From: a virus
Length of the DNA: 64,000 bases
Virus record (IMG/VR): IMGVR_UViG_3300050498_000110
Coordinates: 11,927 to 75,926 of that record
Strand: one strand, 5' to 3'
Shown: one piece after another, positions 1-9,310 of the stretch
Layout: the number at the start of each line of letters is the position of its first letter
How positions within the stretch are numbered: position 1 is the first letter of the stretch
Made by a program: the position numbers and the translations under genes
Notes under the pieces: generated by a model
Told to the model about the DNA's origin: nothing
Databases searched by the model: none
The model's input: the letters and a program-made list of their open reading frames with translations, nothing else

Positions 1-549
1 CGAATTCGACAGCCGTTCATCGGCTTCGGCAACGGCATTCAAGGCCGCCTTGAGGATGCGGATGGTGCGGTTGACCGTGGCCGGCACCGCCTTGATGCCG
101 TCGCGGAACATTTTCAGGTCTTGTGCGGTGACCGCCGCGACTTCCCGGTCAATCAATGACGCGGGTAAGTGGTGCAAGACGCGGGTAACGTTACCAGGCA
201 GACCGCCGCGGGCCGCCAGGTCGCGGCCGTAAGCCTCGAGCGCCTGGCGCACGGTCAGCTTGCCGTCATGCTCGGGCCGGCCGCGGGCGACCGCCGACGC
301 CTTGGCGGCGGCCTGGTCATAGGACAACACGGTGTCGCCATTGGCATCGGCCTGGTCGTCGGCAAAGCCGATCTGCCGGATCCAGTTGCCGCCCTTGCCG
401 TCGGCGACGCGCACGGTCCAGGAACCGGCGCCGGCATTCTTGCGGTAGCCGAGCGACACGCCCGGAAACAGGGTGATGAAGTACGGCTTCGGCCGAGCCT
501 CGAGCGCAGCGCGAGCGGTGCGGGTGTGCAGTTTCTTCGACATGGTCAT
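1..549 (-). CDS. int: Tyrosine integrase, N-terminal part (runs off the window start; absent from the ORF track)
   Basis: Hand translation MTMSKKLHTRTARAALEARPKPYFITLFPGVSLGYRK...WTVRVADGKGGNWIRQIGFADD...PATVNRTIRILKAALN resembles alphaproteobacterial arm-binding/SAM-like integrase N-termini; ATGA overlap with the upstream gene; catalytic domain is outside the window. Confidence 0.85.
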   Translation of the reverse strand, partial: MTMSKKLHTRTARAALEARPKPYFITLFPGVSLGYRKNAGAGSWTVRVADGKGGNWIRQIGFADDQADANGDTVLSYDQAAAKASAVARGRPEHDGKLTVRQALEAYGRDLAARGGLPGNVTRVLHHLPASLIDREVAAVTAQDLKMFRDGIKAVPATVNRTIRILKAALNAVAEADERLSNS

Positions 550-959
550 TCATTCCTCAATTTGACACTGCCGGTCAGCACCTTGCCGGACAGTGAAAAC
601 ATCATTTCCTCATTGTAAGACGGTGCCTCCTCGGACTGGCATCTTGCGGTGATGGCAAATCGGTCCTTGTCGATTTGATTGATGGTTGCAAACCGGCAGA
701 TCACATCCTCGCCGATGCTTTCGACGTAGCCGCGCGCGCCGAGCTGCATCCAATCGCCCTTACACTGGCTGCGCGGGCGGCGCTGATAGGTCGAATTCGA
801 CCAGGTGTCGCCATCGCTGAAATGCTGGCCGGTGGCGCACCAGCCGCCGAGCATAGCCTTGGGCAAGCCTCGCAGTGACGGGGCTTCCGCCGCCGCCGGC
901 AGGCTCGAGGCGACCAGCGCCATGCCCGCAATCAACAGAGCAATCTTGTTCATGGTCAT
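546..959 (-). CDS. Secreted hypothetical protein
   Basis: Signal-peptide-like N-terminus (KIALLIAGMALVASSLPAAA); coupled overlaps at both ends. Confidence 0.75.
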   Translation of the reverse strand: MTMNKIALLIAGMALVASSLPAAAEAPSLRGLPKAMLGGWCATGQHFSDGDTWSNSTYQRRPRSQCKGDWMQLGARGYVESIGEDVICRFATINQIDKDRFAITARCQSEEAPSYNEEMMFSLSGKVLTGSVKLRNE

Positions 960-1147
960 CTCGCCTCCAATTCATTAAATCGCTTCAACGCTTCGCGGCG
1001 CGTATCGAATTCCGCGACAATGCGCTGATCAATGCGCCTAACGACCCACCACTTAACGAGCGGATTTGCGCTGAATGCATCGTCGCGCTGGCGGGCAAAC
1101 CGCTCAATTCGGTAGGCATTGCCGACAATCTCATTTTTCATGGTCAC
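956..1147 (-). CDS. Hypothetical protein
   Basis: 63-aa ORF with ATGA overlaps to its neighbours. Confidence 0.65.
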   Translation of the reverse strand: MTMKNEIVGNAYRIERFARQRDDAFSANPLVKWWVVRRIDQRIVAEFDTRREALKRFNELEAR

Positions 1148-1335
1148 GATTCCTTTCTAGCGAGCGCCCGAGCAAATTCGAAAATGAGTCCCAGAACGGT
1201 CAGCCCGAAAATGACATGGGGCAGATACTTGTCCGGGTTGAAGATGAGCGCATCAATTGCAATCAGCGTTGTCACAGTCTTGGTTCCTTTTTCCAATGTC
1301 CCGGCAATGTCCCGGTAAGCTCTATATAGGTGCAT
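1144..1335 (-). CDS. Small membrane hypothetical protein
   Basis: Hydrophobic C-terminal segment; start taken at internal ATG 1335 of track ORF 1144..1452. Confidence 0.4.
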   Translation of the reverse strand: MHLYRAYRDIAGTLEKGTKTVTTLIAIDALIFNPDKYLPHVIFGLTVLGLIFEFARALARKES

Positions 1336-1560
1336 AGACCCCGATATGTCAAGAGCTATTAAATCGTGCATTTTCAATGGCTTGTCCGGTGGCTGGTAGA
1401 GCCCCATAGGGCCGACTCGTGCCCTATCGCGGCCCGACCAGGACACACACATAAGCCCATTCTATCGAGGTTTCCGCCAGGTCCAGCCGCCGCCATGTCC
1501 TGCCAATGTCCCGGCGAGCCGGTAGAGCCCGATATATTTGGCGTTCATTAATGTCGTCGC

Positions 1561-1611
1561 TTAACCTTGACCAAGGTGCTTTAATCTTGACCAAGGTGCT
1601 TCAAGCTGCTT
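1561..1611. promoter_or_regulatory. 20-bp tandem repeat / candidate operators in the divergent control region
   Basis: TTAACCTTGACCAAGGTGCT followed by TTAATCTTGACCAAGGTGCT; CAAG(G/C)TGCTT at 1572, 1592 and 1602. Confidence 0.5.
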
Positions 1612-1655
1612 TATCCCTAGAGTCACCTACCTCAACACAACAGGGAGCATCTACC

Positions 1656-2114
1656 ATGCGAGTGTTTATCTTCGACGGCACACCGGAAGAACTTTGCGCC
1701 GTGCCGCAGCTCGAGCAACTGATCCAAACTTCGCCAACGTCTGCGACTGCCCTCGCACATGAGCCATCAGACGAGACATCGGACGACGATAATGCAATGG
1801 CCAAGCTGATTTTGCGCGGCTTGAATGCCTCGCCGCCCCCTCCATCCCAGCGCGGACTCATCGCGAGGCTGGCCAACGCTTATCCCGATGCGCTGACAAC
1901 GGCCGAAGCGGAAGCGGCAGCAGGTAAGCAGATCGGCGGCGTGATCGGTGGCTTGGGATTGCGGTTCAAGCACGTTCGCGGCTGGCCCCGGCGCGCGGCG
2001 GATTGGCCAAGTCGCTACGCCATCCGGCGCGAAACCGACGCGGATGGAATCGTCCGTTATCGTGCGACCCCCGCTTTGGTTGCAGCTTGGGGGCAATTCC
2101 AGACCAGAGGATAA
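1656..2114 (+). CDS. Hypothetical protein, possible helical/winged-helix DNA-binding C-terminus
   Basis: GGGAG RBS before ATG 1656; in frame with track ORF 1506..2114. Confidence 0.6.
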   Translation: MRVFIFDGTPEELCAVPQLEQLIQTSPTSATALAHEPSDETSDDDNAMAKLILRGLNASPPPPSQRGLIARLANAYPDALTTAEAEAAAGKQIGGVIGGLGLRFKHVRGWPRRAADWPSRYAIRRETDADGIVRYRATPALVAAWGQFQTRG

Positions 2115-2223
2115 AAGCCGCCTCAAGTGATGCTTGACGCCCGGCCTGGCCGGGCCGATAAAGGCGCACCGGGTCGCCGTGGGTATATCGGCGACCCGGC
2201 ACTTGGCAAACGGCCAAACAGGG

Positions 2224-3084
2224 ATGGCCAGAATGCCCGTCGCCCGCGATAGCATAAAATCCAACGGGGCGCGCCAGGCCATCGACGCTGCGCGCAAGAA
2301 CATCGCCGAGGGCGAAGCCGCGCTGGCCCTGGCCTGGTCAGGATTAAAGCCGCGTTCGACGCCACCAGCATCAAATATCTGGCCTGCGGCGCAAGCCCCG
2401 GTCGTGATGGCGGCGGAAACACTTTGCCACCTGATCCTGACCGCCGAGCGCCAGAACAGAGCGCATACGGCGGCGCTCTATCTGGTCAACCTGCGCAAGT
2501 GGTTTGACGATTATCCGGTCGAGCTACCGCCCGACGAAGACACTTGGGAAAAATTCGCCGGCAAGCGGCTGGCACCGATGCCGCTCGACCGCATCAGGGA
2601 ACTCATCGGTAGCATGGTGTACCGGAACGCCATCGTGGCCTGTTCTCGCTGCGGTGCGGAAACCGTCTGCCCCTGCGGCTGCGGCGAGCCGTATCTGCCC
2701 GACCATCCGTGGGCGCGCGGTGTGACGGAAAATGTGACGATAAATCCGAGCAAGTCCGTCGAACTTCCGGCGAATGATGAAATGGCTAGCAAGGCCAAGA
2801 GTTTACGCGGCAGGCCGCCGACGGGGAAGGCGACGACCTCGGCTGAGCGAATGCGTCGCCTGCGGGCGCGCCACACCTCCGACGATCCCGCGGCCACGAC
2901 CCTCGACGGCCGCGTCATTCCGGGCGCCGTCGGAGCGCTCTTGCTGCGCTCGAGCACAGTCGCGGACATGGCCCATTATGACGATGGCGACCCGGTCACC
3001 GATGACGCAATAGCAGCGGCCAAGCACGCCGCCGACAAGTGGAGGGAACTCTATCACCAGCTCAAAGAAAGGAGGAAAGCATGA
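2224..3084 (+). CDS. Hypothetical protein with Cys cluster and RGRP...AERMRR motif
   Basis: CSRCG...CPCGC and RGRPPTGKATTSAERMRRLRAR; start uncertain (2224 or 2233). Confidence 0.65.
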   Translation: MARMPVARDSIKSNGARQAIDAARKNIAEGEAALALAWSGLKPRSTPPASNIWPAAQAPVVMAAETLCHLILTAERQNRAHTAALYLVNLRKWFDDYPVELPPDEDTWEKFAGKRLAPMPLDRIRELIGSMVYRNAIVACSRCGAETVCPCGCGEPYLPDHPWARGVTENVTINPSKSVELPANDEMASKAKSLRGRPPTGKATTSAERMRRLRARHTSDDPAATTLDGRVIPGAVGALLLRSSTVADMAHYDDGDPVTDDAIAAAKHAADKWRELYHQLKERRKA

Positions 3085-3656
3085 CAACAGCAAGGCGCCG
3101 AAGACGGCAACGAATCGTGCGGCACTTGCGGCATCCGTTCCATTTCAAGGTTGAGCCCGGCGCCAAGGTGTTCACCGCTTGGGCGCGAGTCCGAGTGCCG
3201 ACCACGGACGTGACTCTGCCACTCAAAGTCGAGCATGTTCGCGAATCGATCAGGCTCAAAGGAATCGGGAATACAGCGACGTGTTCGATGGCAGTCTGCG
3301 CGCGTCGCGAGGCAGAATGCTTCCCGCATCCAGTCGAGGGCTATATCGACTGGTTCTACAAGCGAGCATTCGTCGTCTCTAGGCTCGATAAGAACGGTAT
3401 GCCCTGCGAGTGTTATGTGTACGCGCATAAAGACGGAATCGGAAAGCTCAACGACACTAAAGGCGGCCAACAGAAGTTGCTCGCCCAACTCGAAATCGAT
3501 GACGACCGCTTAATCGTTCTGAGAGTGCCGCCGCCTTCGATTGGCAAGGACAGGATCAAACGACCGACCGGCCGCAAGGATGGTAAAAAGCGACTCCAGC
3601 CGCGCGGTGCCAAGCTGCGGTTTGCGGCCGCACAGATGGGCGGTGTTCCGGCATAA
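3081..3656 (+). CDS. Hypothetical protein
   Basis: GGAGG RBS, ATGA overlap, basic protein. Confidence 0.7.
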   Translation: MTTARRRRRQRIVRHLRHPFHFKVEPGAKVFTAWARVRVPTTDVTLPLKVEHVRESIRLKGIGNTATCSMAVCARREAECFPHPVEGYIDWFYKRAFVVSRLDKNGMPCECYVYAHKDGIGKLNDTKGGQQKLLAQLEIDDDRLIVLRVPPPSIGKDRIKRPTGRKDGKKRLQPRGAKLRFAAAQMGGVPA

Positions 3657-3874
3657 TTTCGGCGTCGGCTTTCGCTGCAACTTCGCTGGCCGGCGTCGAG
3701 CCCCGCGGATCTTCCCTCCGATGAAGTTTCCGCGGGGCACTGCTCTGGCCGCTGCTGACCGAGAGCTGCATCGCGGCATCGCTGGCGACGGCCAAGGGCC
3801 GCCGGACGGGCTCATACCCCGACCCCGGCGGCCACTTTATCAACAGGTATGACAACAATGGACAACCGCCCGAC

Positions 3875-4117
3875 ATGAGAAACAAGCGCATGGAAGAAAA
3901 AATCCAGAGCGGCGAAGCCGTTGACCTAAGCAAGTGCCGGCGGGAAGGCCGCTATTATATCGTCCCCGAATTCATCGACGGGGTTGATTATTGCGATGCG
4001 GTGGCGGAATCTTGGATCTGGTCGATGGGCCGGCGCTATTCCGACGGCGTGGTGCTGGCCTCAACCGGCACCGAGCTTTACCAGAATCCACAGTTTCGTT
4101 GCCTGTTCTTGCGCTAA
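3875..4117 (+). CDS. Hypothetical protein
   Basis: 80-aa ORF of globular-looking composition. Confidence 0.65.
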   Translation: MRNKRMEEKIQSGEAVDLSKCRREGRYYIVPEFIDGVDYCDAVAESWIWSMGRRYSDGVVLASTGTELYQNPQFRCLFLR

Positions 4118-4187
4118 CCCCTTGACCCTAACGCCGCATCAAGGAATGCTTGATGACGACTACCATCCGCCCAAGGATGATGCTGCC

Positions 4188-4949
4188 ATGAACGTCATTG
4201 CGCCCGTCGCCTTCAACCGCGACCGTCTTGAGGTAATCAAGGAGCGGATTGCGCGCGGTTATGAGCGCGCCAACAAGGGCGGCCAGGAGTGGGTCGAAGG
4301 CTCGCTTGAGCTTGCTGCCGCTCTGCGCGAGGCCCGCGACAACATCCCGTCGAACATCACCTTCAAGGGCTGGTTGCTGGCGAACAAGCTCGACTTCTAC
4401 AACAAGAACGATCGGCAGGCTTTGATTAGCTTTGGTGACAATCTCGAAGTCGCACGCACCGTACTGACCGAGACCAAAAGCCGAAGCTACGACTTGATCT
4501 GGCGCGAAAATAAAAACCGTTTTCCGAGAACTCGGAAAACAACCGACAAGATTCACTACAGCAAGCCGCGTGTGCGCAATCCCGGCCGCGCGATGATTTT
4601 GCGCAAGATGAAGCTCGGTGAGGGAGTCATTGATTCGCTCAAAGGTACGACGCTCGATAGCGCGCTGGAGATGGATGAGTTGGTTATTCTCAACAGAGGG
4701 GCACCGCCAGGCGAACTCAACAAAGTCGTATCTCGACTGGTGCAGGAAGCCATCGCCGGAAAGGAAGTAAGCGCACTCGCTTACACCGCAAGCCTCGCGG
4801 GCTCGAATACCCGCAAGCATGTTCCGACACTGATGGATGCCTGGAAAAAACATATGATTTTCCCATGGAAAAGAGCCGGATGGGCCGAGCGGGAAAAGTT
4901 TTTGCAGCACGTGATGGAAATGCATACCGCGAAGGAGGCAGCGGAATGA
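4188..4949 (+). CDS. Hypothetical protein (N-terminus loosely DUF3102-like)
   Basis: AAGGA RBS; ELAAALREARDNIPSNITFKGWL segment; ATGA overlap downstream. Confidence 0.65.
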   Translation: MNVIAPVAFNRDRLEVIKERIARGYERANKGGQEWVEGSLELAAALREARDNIPSNITFKGWLLANKLDFYNKNDRQALISFGDNLEVARTVLTETKSRSYDLIWRENKNRFPRTRKTTDKIHYSKPRVRNPGRAMILRKMKLGEGVIDSLKGTTLDSALEMDELVILNRGAPPGELNKVVSRLVQEAIAGKEVSALAYTASLAGSNTRKHVPTLMDAWKKHMIFPWKRAGWAEREKFLQHVMEMHTAKEAAE

Positions 4950-5968
4950 GTGAGGTTAGGATTTTCAAGGCGAGCCTGGAAGACGATGACGAAACCGATC
5001 AGATCATCATTCGCGGCGTGCTCGATCAGGAATGCCTAAAGTACATCAAGCTCGACTGGTATCAGCGCGAGCAGGGTTTTTCCAATAACCACACCAATAA
5101 AATTGTGGCGGCCTTTATCTCTGGCAACAAGATCGAAGACATCACCGTCGGCATGCGTGGAGCACGCATGCGCACCAGCAAAGATGGCACCTACACTCTG
5201 CTCGACAAGTGCTACTGCATCAATGGTGGGCAACGTCTCTGGTCGGCGGCCTGCGCGATCAAGGAAAGGCCCGATCTGAAAATTCGGCTCGGGATCAAGG
5301 TCTACACCAACACAAACGAGCAGTTTGAAAATGACCTGTTCTGCAAGATGGGCACCTCGCAGGTGAAGATCGGCCCATCCATCCTGCTCCGCAACAGGCG
5401 CAAGAACAGCCGCGCCTCGGCGATGCTGTTGGCGATCTGCAAGGATCCAGTCTTTGCGATGAAGGACCGCATCGCTTGGGATCAGCGCAAGACGCGCCAG
5501 GATCTAATGCAGGGCTTCACCTTTGCGCGCGTAGTTGGAGCATTACACTGCCACAAGGGTGGTGCCCTCAGAAGTAGTGTCCCCTACGATCTGCTCGACG
5601 GCCTCGATTCCTTGGTCGAACGTATTGGTGAAGAAGCGGTTACTGGCAACATCATTCGTTTCTTCGACGGTATCGACAAGTGCTGGACTATCCGGCAGTT
5701 AAGCGGAGATCGCAGCGAGCAGCGCTTGCATCTGACGCTGCCGTTCCTGCTCACCGTCGGAAGGCTGTTCTCGGCCTATTCCGAATTTTGGGATGGTACC
5801 GCGCGCAATGACTTCTATCTTCCTGACAAGTACCTAAGACGGCTTAAGGGACTCACGCTCAACGACTACATCATGCCGCGCGCCAAGGTGCCGCGCGATG
5901 CCTTCTATGAGATTCTACGCAAGCGTCTGCAACTGAATCCGATCTTCGAGCAAGAAGCCGCCGAGTGA
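4946..5968 (+). CDS. ParB/Srx-fold (DGQHR/DndB-like) domain protein
   Basis: YQRE motif and INGGQR, a variant of the (I/V)DGQHR signature. Confidence 0.6.
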   Translation: MSEVRIFKASLEDDDETDQIIIRGVLDQECLKYIKLDWYQREQGFSNNHTNKIVAAFISGNKIEDITVGMRGARMRTSKDGTYTLLDKCYCINGGQRLWSAACAIKERPDLKIRLGIKVYTNTNEQFENDLFCKMGTSQVKIGPSILLRNRRKNSRASAMLLAICKDPVFAMKDRIAWDQRKTRQDLMQGFTFARVVGALHCHKGGALRSSVPYDLLDGLDSLVERIGEEAVTGNIIRFFDGIDKCWTIRQLSGDRSEQRLHLTLPFLLTVGRLFSAYSEFWDGTARNDFYLPDKYLRRLKGLTLNDYIMPRAKVPRDAFYEILRKRLQLNPIFEQEAAE

Positions 5969-6678
5969 GCAAGTTTCACGGCCGTGAAGATGATTTCTTT
6001 TTTGAGCTTCGTAGCGGCCCGAGCCGCACGAATGGCCAGCACGTCCGTTATTTTGTTCTCGTCTGCCGCAAATGCAGCACCGAGATTTCGCTGCAAGCCC
6101 ATGGCATGGGAACCGCCAAGATTCGGAAATGGTTCAAACGCCATGGATGGGACGTCGGCAAGATGCGGAATCAGCACACTTGCCCGGATTGCCAGCGCAA
6201 GCACGAAAAGCACATTGCAGAGCACGGCGGTGAAGACACGCTCGCACTCAACGATTCGCCGAAGCCTCCGCCGTCACCGCTGGTTCAATGCGACTTCTGC
6301 GACAAGATGAATGACCAGGTGAAGAAGATGGTGCAGGGCTGCCGCGCCTACATCTGCAATGAATGCATCACGCTCTGTATGGACATCATTCATCCCAGCA
6401 CTGAATGCCACATCGTTACTGCGCCGGGAATACTCGCCGTTGCAGAGGGAGACGCGGTGATCAAGCACGTGCAGCAAGCGACCATCGACGAGCAAGGCTT
6501 CCAACACGGCGCCCATATCGACAGTATGCCGATTGAGGCACGGCCCTCCGAGATCGAGCATCCGATCCAGGTCACCAAGAACGATGATGAAAGCGTTGAA
6601 GCCGATAGTCAGATCAGCGATGCCGATAATGAAGACGACGTGGCTGACTGGTGGAAAGAATTGCACGCACAGAAATAA
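5965..6678 (+). CDS. Zinc-finger protein containing a ClpX-type C4 zinc-binding domain and an acidic tail
   Basis: CDFCDKMNDQVKKMVQGCRAYICNECITLCMDII; extra CRKC...CPDC pair; no AAA+ domain. Confidence 0.75.
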   Translation: MSKFHGREDDFFFELRSGPSRTNGQHVRYFVLVCRKCSTEISLQAHGMGTAKIRKWFKRHGWDVGKMRNQHTCPDCQRKHEKHIAEHGGEDTLALNDSPKPPPSPLVQCDFCDKMNDQVKKMVQGCRAYICNECITLCMDIIHPSTECHIVTAPGILAVAEGDAVIKHVQQATIDEQGFQHGAHIDSMPIEARPSEIEHPIQVTKNDDESVEADSQISDADNEDDVADWWKELHAQK

Positions 6679-6680
6679 GG

Positions 6681-6995
6681 ATGAGAATGCGCGACGCGCA
6701 AGTTCAATTCTTTGCTCTTTGGGGAAAAGATCATGCCTATGCGCTCGACGCGTACCCGAATGAATTCGGACCATACATTGCGGAATGGAACAGAGCACGG
6801 CAACAATTTATGGGGCCATTTACTGATGCGCATGAAGCTCTGAAAATAGCGCTCAATCGCTGCTATGACTTGCGCAACGACGGCAAGAAGCGAAAGAGAA
6901 AACGCAGACAACCTTGGATCGTTGTTCAAACCTGGCCGACAAAGCCATCAGCAGAGCTGATGCAACTCGTTGAGAAAGTGTTGCTAAGTGGGTGA
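6681..6995 (+). CDS. Hypothetical protein
   Basis: In the operon; basic KKRKRKRR stretch. Confidence 0.6.
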   Translation: MRMRDAQVQFFALWGKDHAYALDAYPNEFGPYIAEWNRARQQFMGPFTDAHEALKIALNRCYDLRNDGKKRKRKRRQPWIVVQTWPTKPSAELMQLVEKVLLSG

Positions 6996-6998
6996 AAT

Positions 6999-7970
6999 TT
7001 GATGCCGTTCCTTGCCCGCCCGATCACCGACCGTGCCACCTGGCTGGAGTGGCGCCGGCAATGCGTCACCGCCTCGCGCGTCTGCCAGCTCCCGGCCTTC
7101 GATTGCAGCCCGTTCAAGGAATGCACGCCCTTGCGGCTCTATGCCGAGCTGCGCGGCGTCGAATTCCCCGACCGCGATGACAACAAAATATTGCGCCGCG
7201 GACGATGGCTCGAGCCGAGCATTGGTCTGGCCTGTTCCGAGCTGCGGCCGGAATGGACAATCACCCCGGCGAAGGAATTCCTGACCGATGGCGCTCTTGG
7301 CGCAACACCTGATTTCTATGTCGACGGCGATCCGCGCGGCCGCGCCGTGTTGCAAGCGAAATCAGTGGCGCCGAGCGTCTATGCCAAGGAATGGCAAGGC
7401 GGCAAGGAAATCCCGTTCTGGATCGTGCTGCAAACCCTGACCGAATGCATGCTTTCGGACGCCGCTTTCGGTGTGGTCGCCGCCCTGCTGGTCGACGCCT
7501 ATGCCATGGACTGCGCCATTCTCGAGGTGCCGCGTCATCCGGCGGCCGAAGCCAAGATCCGCGCCGAAGCCGAGCGTTTCATGGCCGACGTGCGCAACAT
7601 GGTGGAACCGGATCCCGATTTCAGCCGCGATGGCAGCATGCTCAAGCTGCTGTTGCCGAAAGAGCAACCGGGCAAAGCCTTGGATCTGATTGGCAACAAC
7701 GCCATGGCCGAGAAGTTGGCCGCCCGCGCCGAGCTGTGCCAGCGCATCAAAAACGACAAGATCGCCATCGAAGCTATCGAGAACGAATTGAAGTTCATGA
7801 TGCAGGATGCCGAGCGCATCGATGGCTTGCCAGGTTGGCGAGCGACTTTCAAGACCACGCATTACAAGGGCTATACCGTCGAGCCGCGCGATATCCGCGT
7901 GCTGCGCATCCAGGACAAGCGGCCGCCGGAAGAACGGCCGGGCGGTGATAACGACAGCGATGAGAATTGA
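6999..7970 (+). CDS. YqaJ-like viral recombination exonuclease
   Basis: WLEWRRQCVTAS, GRWLEP, LGATPDF and LQAK motifs; lies upstream of RecT. Confidence 0.9.
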   Translation: MMPFLARPITDRATWLEWRRQCVTASRVCQLPAFDCSPFKECTPLRLYAELRGVEFPDRDDNKILRRGRWLEPSIGLACSELRPEWTITPAKEFLTDGALGATPDFYVDGDPRGRAVLQAKSVAPSVYAKEWQGGKEIPFWIVLQTLTECMLSDAAFGVVAALLVDAYAMDCAILEVPRHPAAEAKIRAEAERFMADVRNMVEPDPDFSRDGSMLKLLLPKEQPGKALDLIGNNAMAEKLAARAELCQRIKNDKIAIEAIENELKFMMQDAERIDGLPGWRATFKTTHYKGYTVEPRDIRVLRIQDKRPPEERPGGDNDSDEN

Positions 7971-8209
7971 CCATGCTATTATTTGAACTAGAGGAAGCGA
8001 TTCAGGCGATTGAAATCGCCGTCAAAGGCAAAAAAGGAATGCGCATGACGCAAGCGCATAAGACCATTGTGAAAGGTAGGCGCATCGTCGTGCAAGATGA
8101 TGTTCTCTCGCCGCATCGCCTCGAACAAATCAATCGCATTCTAAAATGGGCGCATCACCATTGGCATGACTTCGGACCGGAGCTTCACAAATTTCTTAAT
8201 AAAGGATGA
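7967..8209 (+). CDS. Hypothetical protein
   Basis: ATGA overlap between the exonuclease and RecT. Confidence 0.55.
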   Translation: MTMLLFELEEAIQAIEIAVKGKKGMRMTQAHKTIVKGRRIVVQDDVLSPHRLEQINRILKWAHHHWHDFGPELHKFLNKG

Positions 8210-8215
8210 ACGACA

Positions 8216-9310
8216 ATGACCAACACCGACCAAGCCCCCATTGTCCAATCGAAGCCGCCGATTGTGGTGTTGCGCGAACGGCTCGAGGCGCGCGCGGGCG
8301 AGCTGAAAGCTGCGCTCGCCGAGATTCCGCCCGAGCGCTTCATCCGTGCCGTCATCACCGCGGCGCAGATCAATCCCGACATTCTCGCTTGCCAATGGAA
8401 CAGCGTTTGGCTCGCTTGCATGAAGGCGTGTCGGGATGGACTCCTACCCGACGGCGTCGAAGGCGCGATTGTTGCTTATGGCGACAAGGCAAACTGGATC
8501 CCTATGTACAGAGGACTTCTGCGCAAGTTTCAGGAATCCGGGTCGTTCCGATGGGTCGCCGCCGACGTGGTGCGCGAAGGCGAAGCGTTCGAATATTGGA
8601 TCAGCACCGACGGGCCGCACTTCAAGCATATCCCTGACGGCATTGAGACGGCGCCCATTGTCAAGGTCTATGCCATCGCCACCACCTTGCAAGGCGGTGT
8701 GTTCGTCGCCGTCATGTCGATGCCGGAAATCGACAAGATCAAAAAGATGAGCCGGGCCAAGCGCGAGGATGCGCCCTGGCGGATGTGGGAAACCGAGATG
8801 ATGAAAAAAACCGCGTTACGGCGGCTGGCCAAGATGCTGCCGTCGGGGCGCATCGTCGATGAGGATGACGACGACAACGATGATGTCAGGGAGGAATCCT
8901 CATTGCGAGCGGCGGCAGTAAGTGCGCCCCGAGAGCGCACGGCCGCCGCGGCGCTCGATCTGTTTGCAGGTTCTTCCGGTGAGTCCGTACAGTCGCCGCC
9001 GCATGATAGTCACCCCGACGCGGCGGCACCGGGAGAAGGCGACGGCGTGCAGCAATCGCAGCACCATGAGTCCGCCGGTGCGGCGCAGCTCGACCAACGA
9101 TCTGCCGGTCCGGCAACTGCCGCCGTCGCCAGTACGGATCCTGACCCGGTGACCGTCGCCTATCTGCGCGGCAAGGAAGCCAAGGCCGCCAAGCATGAGC
9201 GCAAGGCGCTGCCGGGGGAATATCGCTCGAGTGAGCGCGACAGCGAAGCCACCGCCTGGCTGGCGGGATATGACGGCAAGCCGAAGCCACAACATGGGGA
9301 AGCATCATGA
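8216..9310 (+). CDS. recT: RecT-family single-strand annealing protein
   Basis: ERFIRAVITA, GLLPDGVEGAIVAY, MYRGLL, PW...EMMKKTALRRLAKMLP. Confidence 0.93.
   Translation: MTNTDQAPIVQSKPPIVVLRERLEARAGELKAALAEIPPERFIRAVITAAQINPDILACQWNSVWLACMKACRDGLLPDGVEGAIVAYGDKANWIPMYRGLLRKFQESGSFRWVAADVVREGEAFEYWISTDGPHFKHIPDGIETAPIVKVYAIATTLQGGVFVAVMSMPEIDKIKKMSRAKREDAPWRMWETEMMKKTALRRLAKMLPSGRIVDEDDDDNDDVREESSLRAAAVSAPRERTAAAALDLFAGSSGESVQSPPHDSHPDAAAPGEGDGVQQSQHHESAGAAQLDQRSAGPATAAVASTDPDPVTVAYLRGKEAKAAKHERKALPGEYRSSERDSEATAWLAGYDGKPKPQHGEAS

Noticed and set aside
1-1500. attachment site or tRNA target near the integrase
   Set aside because: The integrase 3' end and the genome boundary are outside the window; no tRNA fold or long direct repeat was recognised
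1561-1584. CtrA box
   Set aside because: The two TTAA half-sites are 16 bp apart, not the 7 bp of TTAA-N7-TTAA
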